64,000 nucleotides of DNA from Alphaproteobacteria bacterium (GCA_965261975.1 CBDHEC010000010.1:25030-89029); one strand, 5' to 3'; counted from the first letter of the stretch, positions 19,438 through 30,212 are shown. Numbers and translations are program-made. The notes: a model not told the origin generated them from the letters alone.

Positions 19438-20853
19438 ATGACCAGATCCATTAATTTCCCTGCGCTGAGCGTGCTCGTAGTCATCCTGCTCGCCGCCGCC
19501 CTCTTCAGCGCCACGGGTTCGCTTGAGACCCTCAAGTCGGTCGACAAGAGCGTCATCGGCCTGATTGCCTTCGGGGCCATGATGATTCTGATCGTGCTCG
19601 GCGTCCCCATCGGTTTCGCGATGCTGGCAACGGCCGTGGCCGGTTTCTTCGTCGTCGGGCGATCGAATTTCGCCGAAACACAGCTATCGATCACCTTCAT
19701 CGAGCAGGGGACGAGCTTCGTATTCGTGGCGGTGCCCCTCTATTTCATGATGGGACAGCTCGTCCAGCGAACGAATATCGCCTACGACCTCTATGAGTGC
19801 GTCTATCGCTGGCTGGGCCGCTTGCCCGGCGGCCTGGCGATCTCGTCGGTCGTCGCCTGTGGCGGTTTCGGTGCGGTGTCCGGCGGCAGTGTCACCGCGG
19901 TCGCGACCATGGCCCCGATGTGTATCCCGGCGATGCGTCGCTACAATTATGACGATTCACTGGCGACCGGCAGCGTGAGTGCCGCCGGCACGCTGGGCAT
20001 CCTCATCCCGCCGAGCATCATCATGATCGGCTACGGCATCCTGACCGAAACCTCGATCGGCGCGCTGTTCATCGCCGGCATCATTCCCGGCGTCCTGATG
20101 ACCATCGGTTACTCGGCCACCATCGCGATCAAATGCATGATCAACCCTGAATTGGGACCGGTGGGCGAAAAATACACCATGGGTGAGAAGATCCGGTCGT
20201 TAACGAAAGTGACGCCGATCTTCCTGACATTCATCATCGTGATCGGCGGCATCTACACCGGCATCTTCACGCCGACCGAGGCCGCCGGTGTCGGCGTGTT
20301 CGCGCTGATCGGCATCGCCCTGTTCATGCGGCGCCTGAATCTCACCAACTTCAAGGAATCCCTGCTCAAATCCATGCACACCTCGGCGATGATCTTCGTG
20401 ATCATCATCGGCGGTCACATGATGGGCAAATTCGTGGTTCTCACCGGCCTGACCACGGGCGTCGTGGACTGGATCACGGCGGCCCAGTTCTCGCCGCTGA
20501 TGGTCATGTTGATGATCAGCCTGCTGTTCATCGTGCTCGGCATGGTGCTGGATGTCTGGGGCATGTTGATCCTGACCATCCCGTTCACGATGCCGATCAT
20601 CCTGGACCTGGGCTACAGCCCGGTCTGGTACGGCGTCTATGCGGTGATCATGGCCGAGCTGGCGCTGATCACACCGCCGGTCGGGATCAATGTCTATGTG
20701 ATGGCGAAGATGGCACCCGACGTGCCGTTGATTAAGATTTTCAAGGGTGTCGCACCCTTCTTCATCTTCACGCTGATCCTCGTCGCGCTGATCACCCTGT
20801 TCCCCGAGATCGTGCTGTTCCTGCCGCGCACCGCGGGCATGGGCGTCTTCTGA
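19438..20853 (+). CDS. dctM: TRAP transporter large permease DctM
   Basis: AVPLYFMMG, GTLGILIPPS, FTPTEAA, ITPPVG. Confidence 0.93.
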   Translation: MTRSINFPALSVLVVILLAAALFSATGSLETLKSVDKSVIGLIAFGAMMILIVLGVPIGFAMLATAVAGFFVVGRSNFAETQLSITFIEQGTSFVFVAVPLYFMMGQLVQRTNIAYDLYECVYRWLGRLPGGLAISSVVACGGFGAVSGGSVTAVATMAPMCIPAMRRYNYDDSLATGSVSAAGTLGILIPPSIIMIGYGILTETSIGALFIAGIIPGVLMTIGYSATIAIKCMINPELGPVGEKYTMGEKIRSLTKVTPIFLTFIIVIGGIYTGIFTPTEAAGVGVFALIGIALFMRRLNLTNFKESLLKSMHTSAMIFVIIIGGHMMGKFVVLTGLTTGVVDWITAAQFSPLMVMLMISLLFIVLGMVLDVWGMLILTIPFTMPIILDLGYSPVWYGVYAVIMAELALITPPVGINVYVMAKMAPDVPLIKIFKGVAPFFIFTLILVALITLFPEIVLFLPRTAGMGVF

Positions 20854-20881
20854 TCGGGTCGGGTTTAGGCGACTTCAGAAA

Positions 20882-21484
20882 CTAGCGAAGCGCGCGGCGT
20901 TTCGGGTCCGGGGCAGCCTCCGGACCCGCATCTGCGTTTGCAGGAATCGGCGCCGTCAGTCTGGGCAACGGTGTCACTGTCGGTTCGGGTGCTGCCGAAC
21001 CGCGCATATCATCCTCGACCGGAATCTGGCGGCGGCGGCGATCCGGGCCTGTGAACGATTTGGTCCGAACGAATGGACGCGGGTTGGCCAATAAACTGTT
21101 CAGCCGCGCGCCCACGCCCTTGACCGTCACCGGCTTGGCCAGAAATTCGGTCACACCGGCGTCACGTGCGGCCTCGACATGGTGCTTTTCCGAGTATCCG
21201 GTAATCATGAGAACCGGGATCCGCGTTGCCGGATGGGTCGGATCATCGCGCAGCATACGGGTGAATTCGAGACCGTTGATCGGCTCCATCATCATGTCGG
21301 TGATGATAACGTCGGGAATCATCAGCTTGCTGTCATTCAGCGCCGTTACACCGTTGCTGGCTTCATGCACCTGGGCGACAGAAAGCGCCTCCAGAATGCT
21401 GCGCAGCAAGCGGCGCATATGATCGTTATCGTCAACGATCATCACCACGAGACCCGACATATCAGTGCCGTTCAGATTGGTCAC
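20882..21484 (-). CDS. Response regulator (CheY-like receiver with GPDRRR tail)
   Basis: IVDD, IITD, ITG, AKP, FTGPDRRR; probable GTG start at 21484. Confidence 0.88.
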   Translation of the reverse strand: MTNLNGTDMSGLVVMIVDDNDHMRRLLRSILEALSVAQVHEASNGVTALNDSKLMIPDVIITDMMMEPINGLEFTRMLRDDPTHPATRIPVLMITGYSEKHHVEAARDAGVTEFLAKPVTVKGVGARLNSLLANPRPFVRTKSFTGPDRRRRQIPVEDDMRGSAAPEPTVTPLPRLTAPIPANADAGPEAAPDPKRRALR

Positions 21485-21663
21485 AAGCTTCCCCGGTATT
21501 TGAACTCTGGTATCTGGTGAACAGATGCGCGTAAAAATATCCAACTACCGCTAAACTAGTGGTTGTTTGGTTAACAAAAGCTTTCGGAACACAGATTGTG
21601 CCGCGCGCACCCAGCCCGGCCCAAAACGCCGTATCTCCGAAGCACCGATGGAAGGAAACAGAC

Positions 21664-22017
21664 ATGAGCGACAGCGTCGACATCTATCACAACCCCCGTT
21701 GCAGCAAATCGCGGGCGACCCTGGAACTCCTGGAGTCGCGGGGAATTGAGGTTTCGGTCATCGAATATCTGAAAGAACCGCCGGACGATATCGAACTGCG
21801 CCAGTTGCTCGACCTGCTGGGCATGTCCGCACGCGAACTCCTGCGAACCGGCGAAGCGGCATACAAGGAACTCAACCTCGCCGATCCATCGAAAACCGAA
21901 GACGAGATCATCGCGGCGATCCTCGAACACCCGATCCTGATGGAACGACCGATCGTGACGACAAACAGCAAGGCGCGCCTCGGCCGCCCGCCCGAAGCGG
22001 TCCTGGAAATTCTCTAG
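21664..22017 (+). CDS. arsC: Glutaredoxin-dependent arsenate reductase family protein
   Basis: IYHNPRCSKSR, LMERPIV, GRPPE. Confidence 0.9.
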   Translation: MSDSVDIYHNPRCSKSRATLELLESRGIEVSVIEYLKEPPDDIELRQLLDLLGMSARELLRTGEAAYKELNLADPSKTEDEIIAAILEHPILMERPIVTTNSKARLGRPPEAVLEIL

Positions 22018-22024
22018 CCTTCCG

Positions 22025-23395
22025 GTGGCAACCCAGCGTCCGATCTCCTATGCGGCCGGGCCGGGGCATACCCGGTCTTTCCGGGATTCTGCTCGGGCGT
22101 TCCGTGACGGGGCAGAGACGCCGCGCGACTATCTCGAACGATTTATCGATCGGATCGAGAGTGCCGAAGATACGGTTCGTGCCTTCGTTACTTTGACCAT
22201 CGACAGTGCACGTGTGGCGGCGGACGCCGCCACACAGCGCTACCGAGACGGAAGCCCTTTGTCGGAAATCGACGGACTGCCGCTGGGGCTCAAGGACATC
22301 ATTCACACCGCCGATGTCCCTACCCAGGCCGGCAGCTCGATCTACGAGGGCTGGATTCCGGAACGCGATTCCCCGGTCACCGCCGCGCTGAAGCGCGCCG
22401 GCGCCACCATCGTCGGTAAAACGGCGACAACCGAGTTCGCGTATGGCGCCGTCACACCGGCCACCAATCCCTATGATCCCAAGCGCACACCCGGCACCTC
22501 ATCCAGCGGCTCCGCCGCCGCGGTGGGCGACGGGATGCTGCCGGCGGCGATCGGCACTCAACTAATGTCCTCGGTCATGCGACCGGCGAGTTATTGTGCC
22601 CATGTGGGTGTGAAACCGACCTATGGCGCGATCCGCCAGGACGCGATCCATCCCTTCTCACCATCTGGCGAACATGTCGGGGTCCATGCACATGCGCTGG
22701 AGGATGCCTGGCATATCCTGAAAATTCTGGCCACGGAGGCGGGGCCCGTCCCGGGCTCGCGCGGCCTCACCGGGCCGGCGGAGCTCCCCGCGAAACGTGC
22801 CCCCAAACGGCTGATGCGCATGTACACGCCCGGCTGGGAGTTAGCCGAGCCGGAAGTGCGCGCTGCCCTTGAGGACGCACTGGCCAGATTGTCGGATGCC
22901 GGCGTCGACATCGTCGAGCCCGGCAGTGCGCCCGCACTGCAGGCCGTCGAGGACGATTTCGCACGTGCCGACGCGTGCATCGCCGAAGTTGCGGCCTTCG
23001 AGATGCGGTGGCCGTTTTTCGAGTATGAGCGTGAAGGACACCGGTTCCATGCGAGGATTGTGCGCCTGCTGGAACGCGCCCACGAGATCACGCTCGACGA
23101 CTACAACGCCGCCCTCGACTGGAAGAACGCGTTCCGGGAGCGATACATGGCAAGCGCACAGGACATCGACGGGGTTATCGGCCTGACGGCCCCCGAAGTG
23201 GCACCGCTGGGGCTCGAGAATCTCGGCAATCCCCTTATGTGTTCGCCGGCGTCGTGCATGGGAGCCCCGGCGATTACGTTGCCCGCATTGTCTGCGGACG
23301 GGCTGCCGCTCGGCCTGCAACTGATTGGCTATCACAACGAGGATGCAGATCTCTTCGCGATGGCCAACTGGATCGACGATGCCCTTTCGCGCTAG
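22025..23395 (+). CDS. Amidase (AS family)
   Basis: GLKDII, GKTATTEFA, TPGTSSSGSAAAV, GLPLGLQL. Confidence 0.9.
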   Translation: MATQRPISYAAGPGHTRSFRDSARAFRDGAETPRDYLERFIDRIESAEDTVRAFVTLTIDSARVAADAATQRYRDGSPLSEIDGLPLGLKDIIHTADVPTQAGSSIYEGWIPERDSPVTAALKRAGATIVGKTATTEFAYGAVTPATNPYDPKRTPGTSSSGSAAAVGDGMLPAAIGTQLMSSVMRPASYCAHVGVKPTYGAIRQDAIHPFSPSGEHVGVHAHALEDAWHILKILATEAGPVPGSRGLTGPAELPAKRAPKRLMRMYTPGWELAEPEVRAALEDALARLSDAGVDIVEPGSAPALQAVEDDFARADACIAEVAAFEMRWPFFEYEREGHRFHARIVRLLERAHEITLDDYNAALDWKNAFRERYMASAQDIDGVIGLTAPEVAPLGLENLGNPLMCSPASCMGAPAITLPALSADGLPLGLQLIGYHNEDADLFAMANWIDDALSR

Positions 23396-23410
23396 GTCGA
23401 GGTCCGGTCG

Positions 23411-24385
23411 ATGAGAATCTGTATCGTTGGCGCCGGCGCGATCGGCGGTATTCTGGCCGCCCGGCTTGCGCAAGCCGGGCATGACGTCACGGCCATCGCG
23501 CGCGGTGCGCACCTGCAGGCCATGCAGGCAAATGGCCTCACCCTCAAATGGGCAGATGAGCAATTCACGGTCGACATAAACGCCACTGCCGAACCCGCCG
23601 ACCTGGAGCCCCAGGATTATGTCATCCTGACACTCAAGGCACCCGCCCTTCCCGGTATCGCCACCTCGCTGGCCCCTCTCCTCGGACCGGAAACGGTCAT
23701 TGTCACGGCAATGAACGGGGTTCCGTGGTGGTTTTGCCAGGCGCTTTCAGGGCCGCTGGCGGGCCGCTCACTGTCGTCCACCGACCCGAACGGAATCCTG
23801 GAGGAGACGCTGACCCGGGAACCCCTGCTCGGATGCGTGGTGCACGCCGGCGCCTCGCTCCCGGAACCGGGGGTGGTGGACCATGCCGCCGGCGATCTTT
23901 TTCTTGTCGGCGACGCCAGCCGTCGCATGACGGCATCGGCCGCCGCGTTGGCCGATGCGATCTCCGGTGCAAGGCTCGACGGACGCGCCACCGACGACAT
24001 TCACAGCGAAATCTGGATGAAGTTGATCGGCAATATGGGCATGGGGCCAATTTGCGCACTCACCGGGGCAACCCTCGCGGGCCTCGCGGGTGACGCGGAT
24101 GTCCGGCCGATCGCGGCGGCAATGATGCAGGAAGCCTCCGATGTCGGTGAAGCCCTCGGCCTGCCGATGAACACGAGCGTGGAGGCAAGGATCGACCGCG
24201 GCGCCGAGCTGGGCGAGTTCAAACCCTCCATCCTCCAGGACCTCGAACGCGGACGGCCAATGGAAATCGATACGATGGTGACCGTTGTTTCGGAGATGGG
24301 TGAAATCGCGGACATTCCCACGCCAAACATCGACACGGTCCTCGCCCTGCTGCGCGGGCGCGCACGACGCGCCGGCCTCTACTGA
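23411..24385 (+). CDS. 2-dehydropantoate 2-reductase family oxidoreductase
   Basis: GAGAIG, AMNGVPWW, WMKLIGN, SILQDLERGRPME. Confidence 0.9.
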   Translation: MRICIVGAGAIGGILAARLAQAGHDVTAIARGAHLQAMQANGLTLKWADEQFTVDINATAEPADLEPQDYVILTLKAPALPGIATSLAPLLGPETVIVTAMNGVPWWFCQALSGPLAGRSLSSTDPNGILEETLTREPLLGCVVHAGASLPEPGVVDHAAGDLFLVGDASRRMTASAAALADAISGARLDGRATDDIHSEIWMKLIGNMGMGPICALTGATLAGLAGDADVRPIAAAMMQEASDVGEALGLPMNTSVEARIDRGAELGEFKPSILQDLERGRPMEIDTMVTVVSEMGEIADIPTPNIDTVLALLRGRARRAGLY

Positions 24386-24393
24386 TCACGCGC

Positions 24394-25587
24394 ATGGTGC
24401 TGCGTAGATCCTCCCTCGCGGTCCTGTTCGCGATGATGTTCTCGAGCCAGCTTGCGCTGACGATATTCCTGCCCGCCGTACCGGACATCGCGCGGGACCT
24501 GGAGACCACGCTCGGCCGCACCCAGCTGATTATCCCGGCCTATCTGATTGCTTTCGCCTTCATGCAGCTCATCGTCGGCCCGCTTTCCGACCGTTTCGGG
24601 CGACGACCGGTCATCATGGGCGGGGTCGCGCTCTTCATGCTGGCCAGCCTTGCCTGTGCATTCGCGACGGATATCTGGCAGCTACTCGGCGCGCGGTTCT
24701 TCCAGGCGGCGGGCGCATGCGCCTCCATCGTCGTCGGCCGTGCGACGGTCCGCGATACGAATGAAGGCAAGGCAACCGCGCAGGCCATGTCCTATGTGGC
24801 GATCTCACTGGGGGTCGGGCCGGCGATCGCGCCACTGATCGGTGCGGAGCTCGTGGAAACCTTCAACTGGCGCGCGACATTTCTGGCCACCGCGCTGGCA
24901 AGCGGTCTTTCTCTCCTCGTGGCGATCCCCATATTGCGCGAGACCCTTCCCGAGACCGCCCGGGAACGCATCGATATCGTCCAGCTCTTCCGCGGCTATC
25001 TGGCATTGTTCAGGCGCGCCGGTTTCATGGGCTACAGCCTGACCATCTCTTTCCAGAGCGCGATCTTCCAGGTCTTCATGACCGCGGCGCCGATCGTGCT
25101 GATCATTCAACTCGGCGTGACACCGAAACTGTTCGGCCTGTATCTGATGATCATACCCATCGCCTTCATCACCGGTAGCTACGTATCGGGAAGGCTGGTT
25201 CGGATCCTGCCGGTCGATCTGATCGTCGGCGCCGGGAGCAGCCTGGGTGTCCTGGGAGGCCTGATGCAGGTCGGTCTGGCCCTGTCGGGTCAGGCGACGC
25301 CGGACCTGATCATCGCGGCCATTTTGGTCTCGAACTTCGGCACTGGCCTCGTGTTGGCGAACTGCTACGCCCAGGCGCTGAACACGGTACCGCCATCCTT
25401 CGCCGGTGCGGCGTCGGCGATGGGCGGCTTCCTGCATATGGGCTGGGCGTTCGTCATGTCCCTGATCGTGGCACACCTGCCCCACACCCTGTCCCTGCAA
25501 ATGGGGATGGCACAACTGGCCACGACCCTCTTGAGCCTGACCGTGTTCCTGCTGGTCGTCAGGGCCTACGCACGTCGCGGCGGATAG
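24394..25587 (+). CDS. Bcr/CflA family MFS efflux transporter
   Basis: IFLPAVP, GPLSDRFGRRP, NWRATF. Confidence 0.9.
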   Translation: MVLRRSSLAVLFAMMFSSQLALTIFLPAVPDIARDLETTLGRTQLIIPAYLIAFAFMQLIVGPLSDRFGRRPVIMGGVALFMLASLACAFATDIWQLLGARFFQAAGACASIVVGRATVRDTNEGKATAQAMSYVAISLGVGPAIAPLIGAELVETFNWRATFLATALASGLSLLVAIPILRETLPETARERIDIVQLFRGYLALFRRAGFMGYSLTISFQSAIFQVFMTAAPIVLIIQLGVTPKLFGLYLMIIPIAFITGSYVSGRLVRILPVDLIVGAGSSLGVLGGLMQVGLALSGQATPDLIIAAILVSNFGTGLVLANCYAQALNTVPPSFAGAASAMGGFLHMGWAFVMSLIVAHLPHTLSLQMGMAQLATTLLSLTVFLLVVRAYARRGG

Positions 25588-25609
25588 CGCCTGGCGCATT
25601 CACCCCGGG

Positions 25610-26038
25610 TCAAACTTGTGCCGTCAGGCCCGCAGCCTCGATACCCGCCACCGCGCAGGCCTCGTCATTGTCCGAACTGTCGCCGGTCACGCCGACCGCA
25701 CCCGCAACATTGCCGTCCGCATCGCGGATCAACACGCCGCCGGCCACCGGAATCACCCGGCCGCCCGACGCAACGGCGACCGCGTTGCCGAAATGCTCGC
25801 GGGTCAGGAAATCCGTCTCGTTGGCGCGCGACGAACGGCCGATCGCCAGCCCGCCCCATGCCTTGCCGAAGGCGATCTCGAACCGCATGATTCCGCTCTT
25901 GTCCTCGCGCTGCATGGCAACAGGATGTCCGCCGTCGTCGAGCACCACGATGGTCAGCGGGCCGATATCCAGTTCCCGTCCCTTGGCCTGGCCGGCCGCA
26001 ATGATCGTGTTCGCCTGTTCCAGTGTCACCTTCGCCAT
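25610..26038 (-). CDS. GlcG/HbpS family heme-binding protein
   Basis: VVLDDGGH, IAFGKA, GGVLI, GAVGVTG, DE. Confidence 0.9.
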   Translation of the reverse strand: MAKVTLEQANTIIAAGQAKGRELDIGPLTIVVLDDGGHPVAMQREDKSGIMRFEIAFGKAWGGLAIGRSSRANETDFLTREHFGNAVAVASGGRVIPVAGGVLIRDADGNVAGAVGVTGDSSDNDEACAVAGIEAAGLTAQV

Positions 26039-26146
26039 AGTCTTGCTCCCCAACGGAATGTTCGTGTTCAGAATGTTGGGCGCAGACTAACCGCCGGTCC
26101 CGCTGAAAACCAGTGTGGAACCGGGGGATATTTTGGCATTCAGGCC

Positions 26147-27184
26147 CTATTCGGCAGCTTCGGATTTTCCTTTCTGGTGGGTGTATGTGCTGGCCAGATA
26201 GTCGGCAAAGAAATCGCCATAGCGGATCGGTTCATAGCGAGCGGGGTTGTCGGGACCGACGCATCCCTCGACTGGATCGATGACGTCATCGAGATCGGGG
26301 TTGAAGAAGAAAGCCAGCGAGTACCGGTCCTCAGTCGTCGCTGTGGTCACGCGATGAGGTGTCGCGACAAAGCGATCATTCGACCAACGCCGTAGCATAT
26401 TGCCCGAATTCACGATCACGCCCTGCGCCATCGGCGGATGGTCGATCCATTCTTCATCGGGGGTCTTGATCTGAAGTCCCGGCTGGTTGCTCTGCGGCAG
26501 CATGGTGATGAAACCGGCATCCGTATGAGACGAGGCACCGAACTGATCATCGCGAAGCGCACCAACTGCAGGATACTTGACCATCCGGACCACGATTGTC
26601 GGATCCTTGAAATAGCCATCGAAAAAATCATCGGGCATATCCATCGCGCGCGCGTAGACCGGAAGCATCCGATAACCGAGCTCAGACATCATGGCGTGAT
26701 AAGCCAACTGCGATTCCCGGAATCCCGGTGCGTGGGCCTCTTCGGGCCATTGGTTGAGCCCGCGAAAACGCTCGCCGGACAGGACCTTGGGGTCGTCGGG
26801 TGAGCGTTCCTGATAATAGGTCAGGTTCTCCGAGGCGTCGCGTTTCAGCCCTTTCGTGCTGTCGACCGCATGGGCTTCATTGAAGGTGAAGTTCATCGGG
26901 ACATAGCCGATCTGATGCTCGTTGACCCGCATCTCCAATTTTTCTTCCAGCGGCAGATCATGAAATTGCCGTGCACCGGCAAAACCATTTTCGATCACCG
27001 ACCAGTCAAGCCCGTGATTGACCCACATCATGAACCCGACCCGCTCCAGCGCATCACGCACCTGGGCCGCCAGGGTATCCAGCGCGCCCGCTTCGCCGGC
27101 GAGATAGGGGCCGACATCCAGAATGGGAAATTCGTCTTCGGTGGCTACACGGTAGGGGCGCTCGGTGGATGGTGTCGTGGTCAT
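26147..27184 (-). CDS. Isopenicillin N synthase family Fe(II)/2OG dioxygenase
   Basis: HTD...H iron ligands and RYS motif; start MTTTPS after AGGAG. Confidence 0.9.
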   Translation of the reverse strand: MTTTPSTERPYRVATEDEFPILDVGPYLAGEAGALDTLAAQVRDALERVGFMMWVNHGLDWSVIENGFAGARQFHDLPLEEKLEMRVNEHQIGYVPMNFTFNEAHAVDSTKGLKRDASENLTYYQERSPDDPKVLSGERFRGLNQWPEEAHAPGFRESQLAYHAMMSELGYRMLPVYARAMDMPDDFFDGYFKDPTIVVRMVKYPAVGALRDDQFGASSHTDAGFITMLPQSNQPGLQIKTPDEEWIDHPPMAQGVIVNSGNMLRRWSNDRFVATPHRVTTATTEDRYSLAFFFNPDLDDVIDPVEGCVGPDNPARYEPIRYGDFFADYLASTYTHQKGKSEAAE

Positions 27185-27385
27185 GGTGAAACTCCTGCTG
27201 GCGGTTCGGCGCGGGACGGAAAGTTTCGCGAAGCCTTTCCCATTGCCGACAGATCGACAAGTTTTGGAAATGGCCCGTCTCACCGGCTAAGACTCGTACC
27301 AGACCAACCTGAAGTCGGTGCGCGACTGTGCCAAAGGGAACAATGGTAACGTCACCCCGATAAACCCGAGGCGGAGGAGAAGTGA

Positions 27386-28282
27386 ATGAGCAAGACAGTC
27401 GGAGTTGTGGGACTAGGCGCGATGGGATCCGCCATGGCGATCATGCTCGTAAAGGGCGGCTTCGAGGTTGTCGGATTCGATGTCCGTGACGCCGCGCTCG
27501 ATGAGCTCGAGGAAAATGGAGGCCGCCGGGCCGAGAGCCCGCGCGACGTGGCGGAACAAGCCGATGTGGTCCTCCTGTCGCTGCCGACGATCGAGGCGTT
27601 CCAGGCGGTGATATCGGGTCAGGGCAGCGTCACCTCGGCGGGGCGCGAAGGCCTTGTCCTGATTGACACTTGCACCCTCCCGATCGAGGTGAAGGCCGAA
27701 GGCGCACGGATCGCCGCAGATTCCGGCATGACGCTGATCGACGGCACCGTGAGCGGCAACCGGGACATGATCCTCGCCAAGACCCTCACCGCCTATATGA
27801 GCGGCGATCAGGCCGCCTACGAGGCCAATACGGATATTCTCTCGGCTTTCACACGGAAGCACAGCTTCGTCGGCACGTTTGGCAACGCGAGCAAGATCAA
27901 GTTCGTGATCAACCACCTGGTATGCGTGATGACGGCGGCAAACGCCGAAGCGATGGCGATGGGTCTCAAGGCCGGGCTGCAGGCGGAAGATGTGTTCGAC
28001 CTGGTGAAGGACAGCGCGGCAAACTCGGTCCTCTGGGAAATTCGAGGCCCGATGATGGTCAGCGAGGACTACACCAGCTCGCGCGGGAATTTCGGCATGG
28101 CGTCCAAGGACGGGCCGGTCATCGGTGCCTTTGCACAGGAGATGAACTACCCTGCACCCCTGTTTCAAACCGCGCTGCAGATGCACCAGGCCGCCGTCGG
28201 ATTGGGCATGTACGACATCGATACGGCGGCATTGTGCAAGATGTATGAGACACTTTCCGGCACCGAACGCGAGACGAGTTGA
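27386..28282 (+). CDS. 3-hydroxyisobutyrate dehydrogenase family oxidoreductase
   Basis: GVVGLGAMG, DGTVSG, KFVIN, KD. Confidence 0.9.
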   Translation: MSKTVGVVGLGAMGSAMAIMLVKGGFEVVGFDVRDAALDELEENGGRRAESPRDVAEQADVVLLSLPTIEAFQAVISGQGSVTSAGREGLVLIDTCTLPIEVKAEGARIAADSGMTLIDGTVSGNRDMILAKTLTAYMSGDQAAYEANTDILSAFTRKHSFVGTFGNASKIKFVINHLVCVMTAANAEAMAMGLKAGLQAEDVFDLVKDSAANSVLWEIRGPMMVSEDYTSSRGNFGMASKDGPVIGAFAQEMNYPAPLFQTALQMHQAAVGLGMYDIDTAALCKMYETLSGTERETS

Positions 28283-28302
28283 ACGCTTCCAGGGGAATTC
28301 AG

Positions 28303-29172
28303 ATGGGCGACATTGTGTATCTCGACTATGACGCGGACACGCTGTTCGCCGAATACAACAATCGTGGAAAAGTACCGGACTATGAGGCGTTCATCGCCGA
28401 TTTCGAGACACGCAGCGATCAGCTTCGTGCCGACGCGACCAACGGACGGATCGACCTCACCTACGGCGACGGACCTCGGGACCGCTTCGATTTATTCCTG
28501 CCGGATATCCCAAACCCGCCGCTTCATGTGTTCATCCATGGCGGTTACTGGCAATGGAACGACAAGGAGAGCTACGCATTCCTGGCCCGGCCCTTCCTTG
28601 ACGCGGGTATCGCCTTCGCCAGCCTTGAATACTCGCTTTGCCCCGACGTCACGCTTGCCGAACTGGTCGACCAGGTGAGGCGGGGGATCGCGCATATCTG
28701 GAAGAACGGCTCCGCGCTCGGTTATGACCGGGACAGGATTCAGGTCAGCGGCCATTCGGCTGGCGGGCATCTCGCCGGCGTGGCGCTCACCACCGACTGG
28801 TCGGCATTTGATGGCGCCCTGCCAGCAGATGTCGTGAAAAGCGCGATGCCGATCAGCGGCATTTTCGATCTTGAGCCGATCCGTCACACGCCGATCGGCG
28901 ATCCGTTGGGCCTCGACGCGGTCAGTGCCGCGGCTCTCAGCCCGATGTTCGCGCTGCCTCGCACCAAGGCAAACACGGTCGTCGCACTCGGCTCTCACGA
29001 GGGCCGCGAGTTCCACCGCCAGGCTGAGGCATTCGCCGTTAACTGCCGTAACCACGGCACCAACGCCACGATCGCAAGCGTGCATGGCGCCAATCATTTC
29101 AGCGTGCTTGAGGCTCTGGCGACCGGCGACGGCCAGTTGTTCGGTCTGGCGCGCGAAATGCTGTCGAAATAG
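28303..29172 (+). CDS. Arylformamidase-like alpha/beta hydrolase
   Basis: FIHGGYWQ, GHSAGG, ISGIFDL, NHF. Confidence 0.88.
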   Translation: MGDIVYLDYDADTLFAEYNNRGKVPDYEAFIADFETRSDQLRADATNGRIDLTYGDGPRDRFDLFLPDIPNPPLHVFIHGGYWQWNDKESYAFLARPFLDAGIAFASLEYSLCPDVTLAELVDQVRRGIAHIWKNGSALGYDRDRIQVSGHSAGGHLAGVALTTDWSAFDGALPADVVKSAMPISGIFDLEPIRHTPIGDPLGLDAVSAAALSPMFALPRTKANTVVALGSHEGREFHRQAEAFAVNCRNHGTNATIASVHGANHFSVLEALATGDGQLFGLAREMLSK

Positions 29173-29225
29173 GCGCGACTTCGCTTGTCGCGACGCGGCG
29201 GCCGGGGTCAAAATCCCGATCCTTC

Positions 29226-30212
29226 ATGACTGAACACAAACTGGTTCCGGGCGTGGTTCCCACAACCGAAAATCCCAACACCGAACGGGCCGATGCCTGG
29301 CAGCGCGTTTCCGTGGTCGCCGTCACCCACCACAGCCGCGCGGTCATCGAAAATTGCCTGGCCGGTATTGGTGACGGGGCAGAGGTTATCGTTGTCGACA
29401 ATGCCAGCGACGACGGCACACCGGAACTGGTGCGTCGCATGTTGCCGCATGCCGACATTGAAGAAAACGCCATCGGTGTCGGCTACGGCGCCGGCGCCAA
29501 CCAGGGCCTCGCAAAGGTCACACGCGAGTTCGCACTGCTCGCCAATCCCGATTCGAAGGTCGACACCGCAGCGCTGGAACGGCTGCTCGATGCCGCCGAT
29601 ACCTATCCGGACGCCGCACTTCTCGCGCCGTGCGTGTTCGACGATTCGGGCTTGTATGAACCGGCGCACGATGCCGAATTGTTCCAACGCCATTTGCTGC
29701 CGTCGCGCACAGGCGAAGCGCCCCCCGACGGACCATGCTGTGCTGAGTATCTTTCAGGCGCCGTGGTTTTGCTCCGCATGGCGTCATTCCATAACATCGG
29801 ACCATTCGACGACGCCATCTTTCTGTATTACGAAGACGATGATTTCTGTATGCGCATTCGACAGAAGGGGTTCAGCGCCATTCTGGTGCCGGGCGCACTG
29901 GTTAATCACGGCGGTGGTGGCTCGGTACGCCCAAGCGCGCATTACCGATGGGAGAAGTATTGGCACATGGCCTGGTCACGGCTTTATCTTGAGCAGAAGT
30001 ATCATGGCGGGGCGGCATGCGCCGCGGTCGCCTGGCCGAACCTGCTTCGCTACACATTGAAAACGCTCGGGAACACGCTGACGCTCCGCCGCGCGCAGGC
30101 ATGGCGTGACCTGGCCCGTCTGTTCGGGACAGCCGGATATCTGCTCCACATCCCGGCATCGCGAACGGTAAGCCGCGCCAGGCCTTCCCAGCCCGATACA
30201 GAGAACCGATGA
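29226..30212 (+). CDS. Glycosyltransferase family 2
   Basis: VVDNASDD, NPD, FLYYEDDD. Confidence 0.9.
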   Translation: MTEHKLVPGVVPTTENPNTERADAWQRVSVVAVTHHSRAVIENCLAGIGDGAEVIVVDNASDDGTPELVRRMLPHADIEENAIGVGYGAGANQGLAKVTREFALLANPDSKVDTAALERLLDAADTYPDAALLAPCVFDDSGLYEPAHDAELFQRHLLPSRTGEAPPDGPCCAEYLSGAVVLLRMASFHNIGPFDDAIFLYYEDDDFCMRIRQKGFSAILVPGALVNHGGGGSVRPSAHYRWEKYWHMAWSRLYLEQKYHGGAACAAVAWPNLLRYTLKTLGNTLTLRRAQAWRDLARLFGTAGYLLHIPASRTVSRARPSQPDTENR

